A stretch of 47,803 nucleotides of DNA, from positions 1-47,803 of the forward strand of contig JAUCBJ010000221.1 of assembly GCA_032718475.1 (NCBI GenBank). The letters are read 5' to 3'. This DNA is from Nemertoderma westbladi. Lineage: Eukaryota; Animalia; Xenacoelomorpha. The notes beneath the pieces are model-generated. The model ran no database searches. It was not told where the DNA came from and saw nothing but the letters and a program-made list of their open reading frames with translations. Made by a program: the position numbers and the translations under genes. Positions 46,901 through 47,803 of this stretch are shown one piece after another (the stretch's first letter is position 1; each line of letters starts with the position of its first letter).

Positions 46901-47803
46901 TGTAAAAGCTTTTGCTGAATTGTCCGGTTATTTTTCCTTATTTTTCCCGTAAAATACTCTGTAGTTGGTTTACCAGGCCGTGTCCTTGCTGTACTGGTGT
47001 TTTAGCGGACATAAAAGCTATTTCTTCTGTATTTGTACTTTAGAGGACATAATCCGTAATTCCGTGACGTAAAAGCTCGATACTCTTGAAAACAGTGTCG
47101 CTACCATGACGACGGCTAGCAGCTGATATTGCCACGTCATCGTTGTTCAGGTTGACCAATCAGAGCGTTTGTTGTCTCTGTGTTGGAGGTGTATACAGAA
47201 ACTCAGTAGTTTAGTGTTATGTTTTGCCCAGAGCCTAAGAACCGGCTTTTGGCACCTCCGTGTTTTCAGTTTTTAGTCCTACACTAGTAGGCTTAATTAT
47301 AAGGACATATATCCGTTATCTGCATATTGCACTCTGATGTCTGATGTCTGCATACTGCATACTGCAGTACTGCATACACTGCATACTGTGTAACACTGTG
47401 CATACTTTTATATTGTTATACTGCTATTTACTGTCAGTTCTTCATAATATGGTTGATGAATTATTATATTTGGAATAACGACAAATAACCCCGAAAACCC
47501 AATATTCTTGATATACCGAAGGTAAGAGAGAAAGGTTACAGATAAATGATTGCGACCTATGTTGAGTGGTTTGAAGTGAATCTAATGTTATTTGATAGAC
47601 CCTACATGATTCGGTCCGTGTTCCTTTTATATGTGACTAAAATCAGTGAAGATCGGCAGATCAGTGTGCAGTATTGTGCAGCATTGTGTATGAGTGAGAC
47701 TGATAACGAAGCATTTCCTAAAGAATGCGCCATATATGTGAATTGTAACTAAGCCATATCGTTGTGAGTAGTTTAAGTCATAACTCTGTTTATATAGATA
47801 GAG
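46901..47803 (+). mobile_element. Diverged sister LTR of the BEL/Pao family (runs off the window end)
   Basis: Starts TGTAAAAGCTTTTG. Collinear similarity to the LTR: GGTGTTTTA.CGGACATAAAAG, CCAATCAGAGCG, TAGTAGGCTTAA, AAGCATTTCCTAAAGAATGCGCC, TAAGTCATA.CTCTGTTTAT.TAGATAGAG. Confidence 0.88.

Overview
This is AT-rich, repeat-dense eukaryotic genomic DNA, most likely from an invertebrate animal. There is no sign of prokaryotic genes, rRNA, tRNA or CRISPR. The dominant feature is a young 11.4-kb BEL/Pao LTR retrotransposon (297-11664) with two apparently identical 1253-bp LTRs and a TATTT target-site duplication (TSD). It is non-autonomous: an intact Gag-protease ORF is fused in frame to small RNase H and integrase remnants, and RT is absent. 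It also carries an unusual 3' cassette: about 1.3 kb of densely structured RNA (a tandem pseudoknot-like pair with compensatory changes and a long G-U-rich hairpin), followed by an extra ORF with three zinc knuckles and a basic tail. It has no tRNA primer-binding site (PBS); the 11 nt after the 5' LTR are instead complementary to a site inside the LTR. A solo LTR of the same family and a diverged sister LTR are also present, and all three insertions fall in LINE ORF2s. The rest of the window holds LINEs (Crack/CR1-like, RTE-X-like, Proto2/RTE-X-like, RTE/BovB-like, CRE-like), a decayed Gypsy pol, a Penelope-like foldback with a hammerhead-like core, hAT/MITE/Helitron relics and three probable host genes. 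All structures and alignments were read by eye; no searches or folding programs were run.
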